From an uncultured Bacilli bacterium (GTDB lineage: Bacteria > Bacillota_I > Bacilli_A > RF39 > UBA660), in assembly GCA_944332725.1 (NCBI GenBank), contig CALVKO010000001.1, positions 719 through 64,718 on the forward strand: 64,000 nucleotides of DNA, written 5' to 3'. Both the position numbers and the translations under genes were made by a program. The notes beneath the pieces were generated by a model. That model had not been told where the DNA came from. It saw only the letters and a list, made by a program, of their open reading frames with translations, and did not search any database. Positions 30,831 through 40,569 of this stretch are shown piece by piece. The stretch's first letter is position 1, and every line of letters begins with the position of its first letter.

Positions 30831-31454
30831 TCATTTTAATGATTTCCTTATTTCTTTATAATTTTTACAATATTTATTAACTAAATTCCAAAAATCTTTC
30901 GAATGATCAAAATGAATAAAATGACTTAATTCATGAATAATTACATAATCAATTTGCTCATATCCATATTTAATTAATTCACTATTTAAAGTAATACTAT
31001 TATTTTTATTACAAACACCCCATCTAGTTTTCATTTTTCTTATTTTTAACTTAGGATAAGGAATATTTTCTTCAAACAAATTATATATATAATCTAATCT
31101 TTCTTTAAATATTATTTCAGTATTCTTCTTTAACCATTTATTTAAATAATCTTCACTTTTAACAAATATTTTATTATCGTTTATTTCAATATCACAATAA
31201 TTAACAAATATAATGTCATACTCTTTATTTAAATAATAAAACTTATTACTTCTTTCTAATCTTTGATTATTCTTTTCAATCATTTTTTTTATAACATCAT
31301 AATTTTTATCTAATAAATTTTTAATATAACTTTTACTTACAAAATAATTAGTTGTTATATATATTTTATTATCTCTTATTCTAATATAAGTATTTTTATT
31401 ATTCTTTTTTTCTATTATCACTTCATATTCAATATCATTAACTACATATTTCAT
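30831..31454 (-). CDS. M48/YgjP-family zinc metallopeptidase (DUF45).
   Basis: HELSH zinc-binding motif near the C-terminus. Size is ~200 aa. Confidence 0.75.
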   Translation of the reverse strand: MKYVVNDIEYEVIIEKKNNKNTYIRIRDNKIYITTNYFVSKSYIKNLLDKNYDVIKKMIEKNNQRLERSNKFYYLNKEYDIIFVNYCDIEINDNKIFVKSEDYLNKWLKKNTEIIFKERLDYIYNLFEENIPYPKLKIRKMKTRWGVCNKNNSITLNSELIKYGYEQIDYVIIHELSHFIHFDHSKDFWNLVNKYCKNYKEIRKSLK

Positions 31455-31489
31455 AGATAAATTATATCATTTATTGATATTTTTATCAA

Positions 31490-32830
31490 CTATTCACATA
31501 AAACTGCACGGGCGGAATAGGTGGAATAACCACCACCTGCGCCGTAGTAGAAGTGGAACAAACCGGCATTCGAACCATAGATGAAGTAGCCGCCCCGAAT
31601 GAACCAGGAAGTACTAGAGTACGGAAAGTTCGCGTTATCACTATACCATCCACCATATTCATTTCCAAAAGTCTTTAATATTTCTTTTGTTGCATCTCCT
31701 AGTTTTCCTCGTCCATGAGTAGTCCAAGATGTCCCATAGGTATAACTATCGTAATATTTTGAATCTGGTGGGGTACTAAACCCTGCACTAGCTGAATAAA
31801 AATTTCCACTACTATTTACCATATTGCCCATTACATACTCCCAAGCTCCTCCACTCATATCATATACGCCATAGATATTTCCAGTTGTACTTGCTAACAT
31901 TCCTGTCGTTGTATTATATGCATTACAACTACTTGATGATGAGCTTCCAGCAGTTGCTCCACATCCTGTTACAAAATTACTATTATTATTTATATATACT
32001 TCTTCATTTATTCCATATTTACTATGGGATAGGTATGCTACTGCCCCCCATTCCATATTTTTCATCATATGGCTATCGCCGTTTAAACTATAACTTGTAT
32101 TTATATTTTGAATTGCTGTGAAAAATGACGATACTGTTTGACTTCTTAAACTTGTTACATTTGGTTTTATTGTTATCTTGCTTGTACTTCCACTTACCTC
32201 AAATTTTCCTACCCAAAATCCAGTTAATTCTTGCGTTCCTAAAGTAAATGCTGGATGTGTATACCAATTGCCATTTGTTGCATTTGTACAAGTTTCACTT
32301 GAAGTTGTTCCATCAGTTCCGCTTATATTATCAGTACAACTTACTGTTCCTGTTAAAGAAGTCCCACTTTCAAATTGTATTTGAATTTCTTGTTCGTTTA
32401 CACTTCCATTATCAGCGTTAAATAATTGATATTTATATCTTGGTATCCATACATACCATAAATCTATATCATCTTCAGTTACTACTTCACCTACGTTTTT
32501 TGTTGTATTCAAAACAACTGCATTGGCCCATTCTTTTGCATCATAATCATACCATTCTTGCAATACATCTGCTACTACCCAATTATTATTTTCATATTTA
32601 ATCGGTACCATATTATCTAATAATTCAGGCATATTGGCCCCACTATTATCCGCGTATTGTTTATTTGTATCACTATTCTCGCCATTCAATTCTTCCATTA
32701 CTTCATTTTTAAGTTTATCTAAAATCATTTTTCTAGCACCCATAATACTTAAAATACCGAATAGTAACAATAAAAATAAAATTAATAATGAATAAATAAT
32801 CCCTGATACAGCAAAACCTTTCTTATTCAA
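31490..32830 (-). CDS. Large pilin-like / prepilin-signal protein (446 aa) with a Gly/Ser/Thr-rich extracellular region.
   Basis: Probable TTG start at 32828-32830 preceded by a GAGGGTG RBS. This gives N-terminus MNKKGFAVSGIIYSLLILFLLLL, a class-III signal-like leader followed by F and a hydrophobic helix, with Gly at +5. The track start at 32884 is the TTG of a TTGATA -35 box. The last ~60 codons are GC-rich. Confidence 0.55.
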   Translation of the reverse strand: MNKKGFAVSGIIYSLLILFLLLLFGILSIMGARKMILDKLKNEVMEELNGENSDTNKQYADNSGANMPELLDNMVPIKYENNNWVVADVLQEWYDYDAKEWANAVVLNTTKNVGEVVTEDDIDLWYVWIPRYKYQLFNADNGSVNEQEIQIQFESGTSLTGTVSCTDNISGTDGTTSSETCTNATNGNWYTHPAFTLGTQELTGFWVGKFEVSGSTSKITIKPNVTSLRSQTVSSFFTAIQNINTSYSLNGDSHMMKNMEWGAVAYLSHSKYGINEEVYINNNSNFVTGCGATAGSSSSSSCNAYNTTTGMLASTTGNIYGVYDMSGGAWEYVMGNMVNSSGNFYSASAGFSTPPDSKYYDSYTYGTSWTTHGRGKLGDATKEILKTFGNEYGGWYSDNANFPYSSTSWFIRGGYFIYGSNAGLFHFYYGAGGGYSTYSARAVLCE

Positions 32831-32855
32831 TTTAAACACCCTCTTTACTATACAA

Positions 32856-32884
32856 ATTATATCAAATAAAAAATAATTTATCAA
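32856..32884 (-). promoter_or_regulatory. Sigma-70-type promoter for the pilin-like gene.
   Basis: TTGATA-17 nt-TATAAT sits ~30 nt upstream of the RBS/TTG start. Confidence 0.4.
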
Positions 32885-33006
32885 TAAAAAACAGCTAAAA
32901 ATTAGCTGTCACACATTAATACTTATAAGTTTAAAAATGAAACTTCATCGGTACTAAATGTAGTCTATGTATTTGAATATATATATTCATAATTATTATA
33001 TACATT

Positions 33007-33810
33007 TTATTCTTTATTATTCATTTCATAATAATTATGATTAATAGCAATACCTAAAACAATAATATATGAAATAAAATAAATTAATAACATTAAAATT
33101 GCAATATTGGCTAAACTACCATAAATAATGTCATAATGAGCAATATTATTTACATAAAACGAATAAAAAGTACTAACTAATATAATTGAAATAGTAGCAA
33201 ATAAACTACCATAATTTACATATTTACTTTTGATTTTTTGATCGGGCGCTAAAGTATAAAGCATTTTAATAATTAAAAATATTATAACAAATGCTACTAA
33301 AGTTTTAACTATTAAAATAATTAGATAATTAGTAGCAATAAACTCACCTAATATACCAAATTCAGATAATTTAGTTAAAATAAATGAACCAAATGCTAAA
33401 ACAATTAAAGTTACAACAAATAAAATTAATAACCAAAATGTCATAAATAAAGACTTAATCCTACGATATATATAATTTTTACTTTTAATTTTATATAACA
33501 TATTAGAGGCTGTTATTAAACTATCAGAAGCATTACTTGCCACATATAAACCGATTACAACAAACAATATATTAGTAACATTAACACCATCAAAGAAAGG
33601 TAAAATAATTTCTACTGTCTCTTCAGGAAGAACATTACTTACATAATTAATTACACTTGTAATTGATAAGGAAAATAATGACGCCACCATTCCAAATAAT
33701 GATACAAGTGGCGCTAGAGAAAGGATTAAAAAAAAGGCAAGATTACCAGGTAATATTTGCATTTCTGGTAATCTTATTACATGCCATAACCTTTTTATAA
33801 ATTTTTTCAA
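33007..33810 (-). CDS. YihY/BrkB family membrane protein.
   Basis: Six TM segments and an N-terminal region matching the YihY (formerly RNase BN) pattern. Confidence 0.7.
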   Translation of the reverse strand: MKKFIKRLWHVIRLPEMQILPGNLAFFLILSLAPLVSLFGMVASLFSLSITSVINYVSNVLPEETVEIILPFFDGVNVTNILFVVIGLYVASNASDSLITASNMLYKIKSKNYIYRRIKSLFMTFWLLILFVVTLIVLAFGSFILTKLSEFGILGEFIATNYLIILIVKTLVAFVIIFLIIKMLYTLAPDQKIKSKYVNYGSLFATISIILVSTFYSFYVNNIAHYDIIYGSLANIAILMLLIYFISYIIVLGIAINHNYYEMNNKE

Positions 33811-35840
33811 TCTTTTATTTCCTCTTTATTATTCTTCATATCTAATGTTGCTTCATTAATAGCATCATCAACTGTTTTAATTGCATCATTTATCATACTA
33901 TAACCGATAGCAGCACCAAATCCATGTTTTAAATCTTTTAATTCTTTACCTAATTTACGCATATAAGTAATTACTTGCTTTTCTTCATAACCAATTAAAT
34001 AAATTAAAAATTCATTGCCATTTGTTCTTATTATTTCACTATGTTCTATTTGATTAACAATCAATATATTAGCGGCTTGTCTAATTACGTCATCGCCTTC
34101 AGCATGGCCATAATTATCATTAATATATGCAACATTATTTAAGTCGACGATAATTATTGTTTGTGGATATGTATCACTATTATCCCATCTTTCAATTGAA
34201 TCGTTTAAATATGTTCTATTTTTTAATGAAGTTAAAGCATCAATATATCTAATTTTATCTTCTTTTGATAAAGTTTTAATTTTTTTCTTTGGTTTGATTT
34301 TTATTATAGCCAAAACTACTAACAATATACCAACTACAGTACCTAAAATTACCGCAATATTTTTTAAAATAATTGGTGTTTTATTAACTAACAACAATTC
34401 ACTTAAGCCATTAGTAATAAATGTTTTAGTATCATTAAATCTAATGTAAAAATCAAAAAATTCATTAAATATTTTATTATCAGAAATATCACGACTAATG
34501 AATGAATTATTAGTTGTGTCATATTGATAAGCAATAATAAAATCTTTTAATTTACTAGCATAATAGTTATAATTATATGTATCTAAAACAATTATACTAT
34601 TATCATCAATATTATTAATTAAATCTTCCATATTAGCATATGCAGTAACTGTAATATTATTATTTACTAAGTTTTCAGTTAAATAAGTATTTTCAATAGC
34701 TACTACATTATCTAATGATTTAATAGAATTAATAATTTTATTATTTGAAGAATGTTTTAAAACAATAACTGAATTTTCATAAACTGGTACCGTTTTATAA
34801 ACATCTAAATTATATTCTGTTGTTCCATTAATTCCATAAAATAAATCAATTTGATTAGAATTAAATGCTTCTAATAAACTAGTCATATTATTATATTTTT
34901 TATAACTTATTTCAGCATTAGTTAATTTAGAAAAACTAGACAATAATTGATAATTTATTCCTGCTAATTTATTATCTAATAAAGTATCAAAAGGAGCATT
35001 TTCAACAAATCCATAAACATATCTTTTACTTCTAAATTTAACTGTTTCTTCATCATTGATATTTTTAAAATTTAAATAATTTTTAGATAAATATTTATTA
35101 TATAATTCTTCATAATTATTACTAGCCCATTTTTTATAATATTTTATTAAAATAGTATTTAATTTTTCTGTTTCTCCTAAATCTAAAACATAATATTTTT
35201 TATAATCACTAATGTTATAAGCAATTTTATAATTATTATCGATTAATTGTTTTAAATTAGTTGTTTTAAGTAAGACTATTGCATCTAATTCAGTTTCATC
35301 ATCATTAAAATCATTTATTAAATCTGTTTCTGTTTCAAATGTTTTATATGTAACATCGGCTTTATATAAATAATTATTAATATTATTTAAATTTTCATTT
35401 AAAACACCTATTGTTAAACCAGATAATTCTTCAATAGTTAAAAATGTTTCTTTTTTAGTTACTAAAGCATAGTTATCTTCATAAATTAAAATATTATTAT
35501 CAAGAACATTATCAACTAATTTAAAAGCATAATCTGATTTTACTTCATCACCTAATTTATAAGATATTTTATTAAAAGATAAACCCGTTTCTTTATTTAA
35601 TGAGTTTAAAAAATCAACGATTATTCCTTCACCATTATAACTTAGCACAGGTATTCCATCAATTATTGACATATCAATAACATTATTTTTATTATTTTCT
35701 ATCCATTGCTTTTCAAATAAATTTAAAGTTGTTATCTTATCTTCTTTAGTTAAAAAATTATATATTAAAAATCCAATTATTAAAACTAAAACAACAATAA
35801 TACTAATTATAATTACTTTTTTATTCTTCATCAGTCTCAC
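33807..35840 (-). CDS. Membrane protein with a large extracytoplasmic domain and a C-terminal GGDEF domain whose signature is degenerate (NGNEF).
   Basis: DALTSLKNRTYL precedes the RTNGNEF site and the domain ends ...HAEGDD. There is one TM at the N-terminus and one before the GGDEF domain. Confidence 0.7.
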   Translation of the reverse strand: MRLMKNKKVIIISIIVVLVLIIGFLIYNFLTKEDKITTLNLFEKQWIENNKNNVIDMSIIDGIPVLSYNGEGIIVDFLNSLNKETGLSFNKISYKLGDEVKSDYAFKLVDNVLDNNILIYEDNYALVTKKETFLTIEELSGLTIGVLNENLNNINNYLYKADVTYKTFETETDLINDFNDDETELDAIVLLKTTNLKQLIDNNYKIAYNISDYKKYYVLDLGETEKLNTILIKYYKKWASNNYEELYNKYLSKNYLNFKNINDEETVKFRSKRYVYGFVENAPFDTLLDNKLAGINYQLLSSFSKLTNAEISYKKYNNMTSLLEAFNSNQIDLFYGINGTTEYNLDVYKTVPVYENSVIVLKHSSNNKIINSIKSLDNVVAIENTYLTENLVNNNITVTAYANMEDLINNIDDNSIIVLDTYNYNYYASKLKDFIIAYQYDTTNNSFISRDISDNKIFNEFFDFYIRFNDTKTFITNGLSELLLVNKTPIILKNIAVILGTVVGILLVVLAIIKIKPKKKIKTLSKEDKIRYIDALTSLKNRTYLNDSIERWDNSDTYPQTIIIVDLNNVAYINDNYGHAEGDDVIRQAANILIVNQIEHSEIIRTNGNEFLIYLIGYEEKQVITYMRKLGKELKDLKHGFGAAIGYSMINDAIKTVDDAINEATLDMKNNKEEIKD

Positions 35841-36282
35841 CTACATTGTTAGTCCAACTAAATGCTTCAGCATTTTTAGAATGATATCCAATTGATGGAT
35901 AAGATGTATTATTTTCATTAGTTAAATATATTTCAATATCATAAAAACTAACAATTTTTGTACTTAATGTATCTAAAATAATATCACTTAGTGCTTGAAC
36001 TTTTTCTAGTTTTGCTGAATCTTTAACTTTAATAAAAAATTTCATAGTCGTTACATTTGTATTATAATCTATCTCTTCAACTAAATCGGAATCCATTATT
36101 TTATTTTTTATTTGTTCAATTACAGCATTATCTATTTCTGGAGCATTCTCTAATCTATCACCATAAACACTTCCATTACTTGGATAAAACATTCGATAAA
36201 CTGCCACTCCCATTAATATTACTAAAACTAAACAAATTATAGCAACAATAACAATTGTCTTATTTTTCTTAATAAATTTCAT
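35821..36282 (-). CDS. Hypothetical membrane-anchored protein (153 aa).
   Basis: N-terminal TM. It overlaps the GGDEF gene by 20 nt, which suggests an operon. Confidence 0.5.
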   Translation of the reverse strand: MKFIKKNKTIVIVAIICLVLVILMGVAVYRMFYPSNGSVYGDRLENAPEIDNAVIEQIKNKIMDSDLVEEIDYNTNVTTMKFFIKVKDSAKLEKVQALSDIILDTLSTKIVSFYDIEIYLTNENNTSYPSIGYHSKNAEAFSWTNNVGETDEE

Positions 36283-36349
36283 ATCTTCACTCCTAACAAT
36301 AACATTATACTATAAATATATGATTTAATCAATATTAAAATAATTAATA

Positions 36350-36377
36350 AAAAATCCTAACAACTAGGATTTTTCAA
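36350..36377. repeat. Direct repeat copy A (about 28-30 bp) containing the stop and terminator hairpin. It is identical to 37453-37482.
   Basis: AAAAATCCTAACAACTAGGATTTTTCAA. The TAG stop of the DUF1016 gene lies inside the hairpin at the same position as the gatB TAG in copy B. Confidence 0.7.
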
Positions 36378-37398
36378 TTAAATTTAAATTTTTCTTTTCT
36401 TCTTCAATAATTTCAATTAATTGTTCTTCGGTAGGAAAATTTAATCTATATTGTGATGCAAAAATAGTTTTATTATCTTTTGGTAAAGTATATTTTACAA
36501 CTGTTTTATTTTTATCAGTTGATAATAAAATACCAATAGTTGAATTTTCATCATCTTCCTTAATTACTCGATCATAATAATTAACGTATAATTGCATTTG
36601 TCCAATATCTTGCGGAGTTATTTTAGCAGTTTTTAAATCTATTATCACAAAACATTTCATAATTCTATTATAAAATACTAAATCCGGATAAAAATGATCT
36701 TCTTCGATTGTTATTCTAACTTGAGAACCAACAAACATAAAACCACGACCTAATTCAAGTAAAAACTCTTTTAAATGTTTTAAAATGTTTTTTTCTAAAT
36801 CCGACTCTAAATAAATTGTATTTTCTTTAATGTCTAAAAATTCTAATATAAAAGGATCTTTGACCAAATCTTCTAATTTATTTATAATATGTCCTTTATT
36901 AGCCAGCTCCAAAACTTTTTCTTTATCCTTTGACAATTTTAAACGTTCATATAATAAAGAGCATATTTGCCTTTGTAATTCTCTTACACTCCACATAGAA
37001 TTAATTGCTTCATGCAAATAAAAATTTCTTTTATCATTATCATTTATTTTTAATATTTCTAAATAATGAGACCAACTTAATTTGGAAGACACTGTTGTCC
37101 AAATTGGATATGTTAAATAAAATTTTCTCATTGTTCTTAAATTTCTAGATGAAAAACCTTTCCCAAATTCTTTAGTTAATTTTAATGACAATTTTTCTAA
37201 AACTGCTTCACCATAAGTTGCCCGTTCATCACCTTTTTGAATAGTCATTATAATTTTACCGATATTCCAATAAAGATTTAACATTTCTGTATTAACGGTT
37301 GTATATAATTTCTTACGACTATTAATTACTAAGCTTTTTATTTCATTAAACGTTAATTCAAATACTTGATTATCTATTTCTTGTAACATTTTAATCAC
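36364..37398 (-). CDS. YhcG/DUF1016 family PD-(D/E)xK nuclease, intact.
   Basis: N-terminal YhcG_N-like region (LYWNIGK, KLSWSHY) and a C-terminal nuclease core (ELGRGFMFVGSQ, IDLK). It is a paralog of 47327-48382. Confidence 0.8.
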   Translation of the reverse strand: MIKMLQEIDNQVFELTFNEIKSLVINSRKKLYTTVNTEMLNLYWNIGKIIMTIQKGDERATYGEAVLEKLSLKLTKEFGKGFSSRNLRTMRKFYLTYPIWTTVSSKLSWSHYLEILKINDNDKRNFYLHEAINSMWSVRELQRQICSLLYERLKLSKDKEKVLELANKGHIINKLEDLVKDPFILEFLDIKENTIYLESDLEKNILKHLKEFLLELGRGFMFVGSQVRITIEEDHFYPDLVFYNRIMKCFVIIDLKTAKITPQDIGQMQLYVNYYDRVIKEDDENSTIGILLSTDKNKTVVKYTLPKDNKTIFASQYRLNFPTEEQLIEIIEEEKKNLNLIEKS

Positions 37399-37452
37399 CT
37401 TATATTAAGCATTATACTAAACTTATAATTAATTGTCAATTATAAATTAACA

Positions 37453-37482
37453 AAAAAATCCTAACAACTAGGATTTTTTCAA
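37453..37482. repeat. Direct repeat copy B, the native gatB stop plus terminator hairpin.
   Basis: AAAAAATCCTAACAACTAGGATTTTTTCAA. The gatB TAG stop lies within the stem. Confidence 0.7.
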
Positions 37483-38862
37483 AACATCAATCAATAATTG
37501 ATTAGCTAAACTAGGATTAACTTTTCCTTTACTTTCCTTCATTACTTGACCCATTAAATATTTAATTGCTCGATCTTTTCCTTCTTTAAAATCTTTAACA
37601 GAATCGGGATTAGAACTAACTACTTTATTAATAATTTCAATAACAAAATTATCATCACTTATTTGTTCCATATTATTTTCTTTAATAATTAAATCAACAT
37701 CTTTATCACTTTCTAAGATTATATTAATAATTTCTTTACCTTGTTTACTAGATATACTTTTAATATCTAATTTATTTACTAATTTAATAAAATTTTCTTG
37801 ATTTAATTTAGTATCTTCTATTTTAATAATATTTTTATTTAAATAAGATAATACGTCACCAGTTAATAAATTACTAGCAATAATAGGATTACATTTATCG
37901 ATTACTGATTCTAAGAAATTACAAATATTTTTGTTAGAAATAATTGTTTTAATATTATTATTATTTATGCCTAAAGAAATATATTTATTTTTAAGTTCAT
38001 CAGTTAAAATAGGCATTGAATCACTTATTTCTTTTAACCATTCATCATCAATATAAACATAAGGAATATCTGGTTCTGGAAAATATCTATAATCATTACC
38101 AGTTTCTTTATAACGCATTAAAATAGTAGTTTTAGTCTTATCATCGAATCTTCTTGTTTGTTCTACTATTTTTTCACCTTTTTTAATTAATTCTTCTTGC
38201 CTTTTAACTTCATAATCGATAGCAAGTCCAACAGCAGATATCGAACCGATATTTTTTACTTCACATTTTGTGCCTAATGTATCACTATCACTTACAGATA
38301 CATTAACGTCACATCGCATACTTCCTTCTTCCATTTTAACGTCACTTATACCTAAATATAATAATGTTTCTCTTAATTTTTCTAGATATTCCATTGCTTC
38401 TTGGCCACTATTTATACAAGGTTTAGTAACTATTTCAATTAAAGGGACTCCTGCTCTATTAAAATTTAATAAAGTATCAGTTGTATGAATACTTTTACAA
38501 GTATCTTCTTCTATATGCATTCTTTCTAAATATATTTTTTTATTAGATATAGGAATATAACCATCATAACCAATTGGTGTATCTTGCTGGGTAATTTGAT
38601 AACCTTTTGGTAAATCAGGATAAAAATAGTTTTTACGATCAAAATGCATTAATCTATTTATTTTACAATTAAATGCTAGGCAAGCCTTTAAAGCAAAATC
38701 AATAATTCCTTTATTTAATCTTGGAAGTACACCAGGATAACCCAAATCTATTACATTAATATTTGTATTAACTTCATCATTAAAATTATTTTTACTTAAG
38801 GAAAAAGCTTTAGCCATTGTTTTTAATTCTACATGGACTTCAATTCCAATTGTTGGTTTCAT
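37468..38862 (-). CDS. gatB: Asp-tRNA(Asn)/Glu-tRNA(Gln) amidotransferase subunit B.
   Basis: N-terminus IGIEVHVEL and the conserved GatB/YqeY C-terminal domain. It sits in the gatC-gatA-gatB order. Confidence 0.95.
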   Translation of the reverse strand: MKPTIGIEVHVELKTMAKAFSLSKNNFNDEVNTNINVIDLGYPGVLPRLNKGIIDFALKACLAFNCKINRLMHFDRKNYFYPDLPKGYQITQQDTPIGYDGYIPISNKKIYLERMHIEEDTCKSIHTTDTLLNFNRAGVPLIEIVTKPCINSGQEAMEYLEKLRETLLYLGISDVKMEEGSMRCDVNVSVSDSDTLGTKCEVKNIGSISAVGLAIDYEVKRQEELIKKGEKIVEQTRRFDDKTKTTILMRYKETGNDYRYFPEPDIPYVYIDDEWLKEISDSMPILTDELKNKYISLGINNNNIKTIISNKNICNFLESVIDKCNPIIASNLLTGDVLSYLNKNIIKIEDTKLNQENFIKLVNKLDIKSISSKQGKEIINIILESDKDVDLIIKENNMEQISDDNFVIEIINKVVSSNPDSVKDFKEGKDRAIKYLMGQVMKESKGKVNPSLANQLLIDVLKKS

Positions 38863-40286
38863 TATACTTCCTCCTTTAATTTATTTTCAATAAAATACGC
38901 TAATTGATAAATTTTATCTTCTTCAAAATAATTTCCGATAATATGCATACCAACTGGCAAATTGTTTTTATAACCAACTGGCAAACTTAATGCAGGAAGC
39001 CCCGCCATATTAACAGGTATAGTTAATAAATCATCATAAAAACTTTTTAATGCATCATCTTGTTTAGTTCCCAATTTATAAGCAACATCAGTATTAGTTG
39101 GTCCAATAATCAAATCATATTTACTTAAGATATTTTTAAAACTATCAGTCATTTCTTTTCTTAATTTCAATGCTTTATAATAATATGTATCAGCATTTTC
39201 ACCACTTAAAATATAAGAACCAATCATTATTCTTCTTTTTACTTCATTACCAAAACCAATAGTTCGAGTATTTTTATATAATTCATCAATATTTTTAAAA
39301 TTGTCAATTTTTAATCCATATCTAATACCATCATACCTAGCCAAATTACTACTTGCTTCACCTAAAGCAATAACTTGATATAAAGGTATAGCATATTCTA
39401 AATAATCAATATCTACATAATCAACTTGACAACCTTTTTCTTTCAATAAATTGATTATATTAGTTACTTTTTCTCGAACTATTTTATCAATTACTTCACT
39501 CATATAATAGTTAGGAACAGCAATTTTTAAATTATTTACATCTTGTCCCATTAAAGAAGTATAATCTTTAACTTCATTTAAAGAAGAAGTTAAATCATTT
39601 TTATCATAACCACTTATAACATTCAATAATAAAGCATTTTCATAGACATTTCTTGTAATTGGTCCCACTTGGTCTAGACTTGAAGCAAATGCAATAACAC
39701 CATATCTTGAAACTCTACCATATGTTGGTTTTAACCCGACTAAACCGCAAAAACTAGATGGTTGTCTAATAGATCCACCTGTATCAGTTCCTAAAGAAAA
39801 TGGCGTAATACCAGCAGCAACACAAGAAGCAGAACCAGAAGAAGAACCACCTGGAACTAAAGTTTTATCGATAGGATTTAAAGTATTACCAAAATAACTA
39901 GTTTCACCAGTAGACCCCATAGCAAATTCATCCATATTAGTTTTACCGATAATAATCATATTTTTTTCTTTTATTTTTTTAATAACTGTAGCATCATAAA
40001 TTGGAATAAAATCTTCTAAAATATGACTAGCAGCAGTTGTTCTTAAATCTTTAGTTACAATATTATCTTTAATAGCAATTGGTAATCCAAATAAAATATT
40101 ATCTACTTCTTTTTCTTCTAATTCTTTAGCCTTTTTAATAGCCTCTTCTTTATTTAAAGTTATAAAACAATTTAAATTAGTTTCATCTATTCTAGCAAAT
40201 GCTTCATTAACTAAATCAATTGGCTTTATTTCTTTATTTTTTAATTTTTCATTTATTGTTTTTATATCTAAATCTAAGTATCTCAT
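38862..40286 (-). CDS. gatA: Glutamyl-tRNA(Gln) amidotransferase subunit A (amidase signature).
   Basis: Amidase signature GGSSSGSA. Length is 474 aa. Confidence 0.95.
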   Translation of the reverse strand: MRYLDLDIKTINEKLKNKEIKPIDLVNEAFARIDETNLNCFITLNKEEAIKKAKELEEKEVDNILFGLPIAIKDNIVTKDLRTTAASHILEDFIPIYDATVIKKIKEKNMIIIGKTNMDEFAMGSTGETSYFGNTLNPIDKTLVPGGSSSGSASCVAAGITPFSLGTDTGGSIRQPSSFCGLVGLKPTYGRVSRYGVIAFASSLDQVGPITRNVYENALLLNVISGYDKNDLTSSLNEVKDYTSLMGQDVNNLKIAVPNYYMSEVIDKIVREKVTNIINLLKEKGCQVDYVDIDYLEYAIPLYQVIALGEASSNLARYDGIRYGLKIDNFKNIDELYKNTRTIGFGNEVKRRIMIGSYILSGENADTYYYKALKLRKEMTDSFKNILSKYDLIIGPTNTDVAYKLGTKQDDALKSFYDDLLTIPVNMAGLPALSLPVGYKNNLPVGMHIIGNYFEEDKIYQLAYFIENKLKEEV

Positions 40287-40567
40287 TCTATCACCTTTGG
40301 AACTACAATATAATCACCTTTTACTCTTTTAGCATTTTTGAAAGCATCATTTTTACTAATATGATTTTCAATAACATCTAAAGAATAAACATTTCTATTA
40401 TCACTTGGACTAATCATTATGTCTTCATTTTTAATATCAACTTTAAGTATTTTATCAATTTCGGTCAAAATATCTGTTAATTGTTTCTGATATTTACTCA
40501 TTTCATCATCTTCGATATTTAATTTTGCTAAATCAGCAATATGTCTTACTTTTCCTTCATCTATCAT
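40283..40567 (-). CDS. gatC: Amidotransferase subunit C.
   Basis: 94 aa. HIADLAKLNI..DE motif. Position upstream of gatA. Confidence 0.9.
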   Translation of the reverse strand: MIDEGKVRHIADLAKLNIEDDEMSKYQKQLTDILTEIDKILKVDIKNEDIMISPSDNRNVYSLDVIENHISKNDAFKNAKRVKGDYIVVPKVIE

Positions 40568-40569
40568 AT

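Noticed and set aside
31486-31668. 60-aa alternate-frame ORF in the GC-rich 3' end of the pilin-like gene.
   Set aside because: It is an artefact of locally high GC content. It has no RBS and sits entirely within the longer supported frame.
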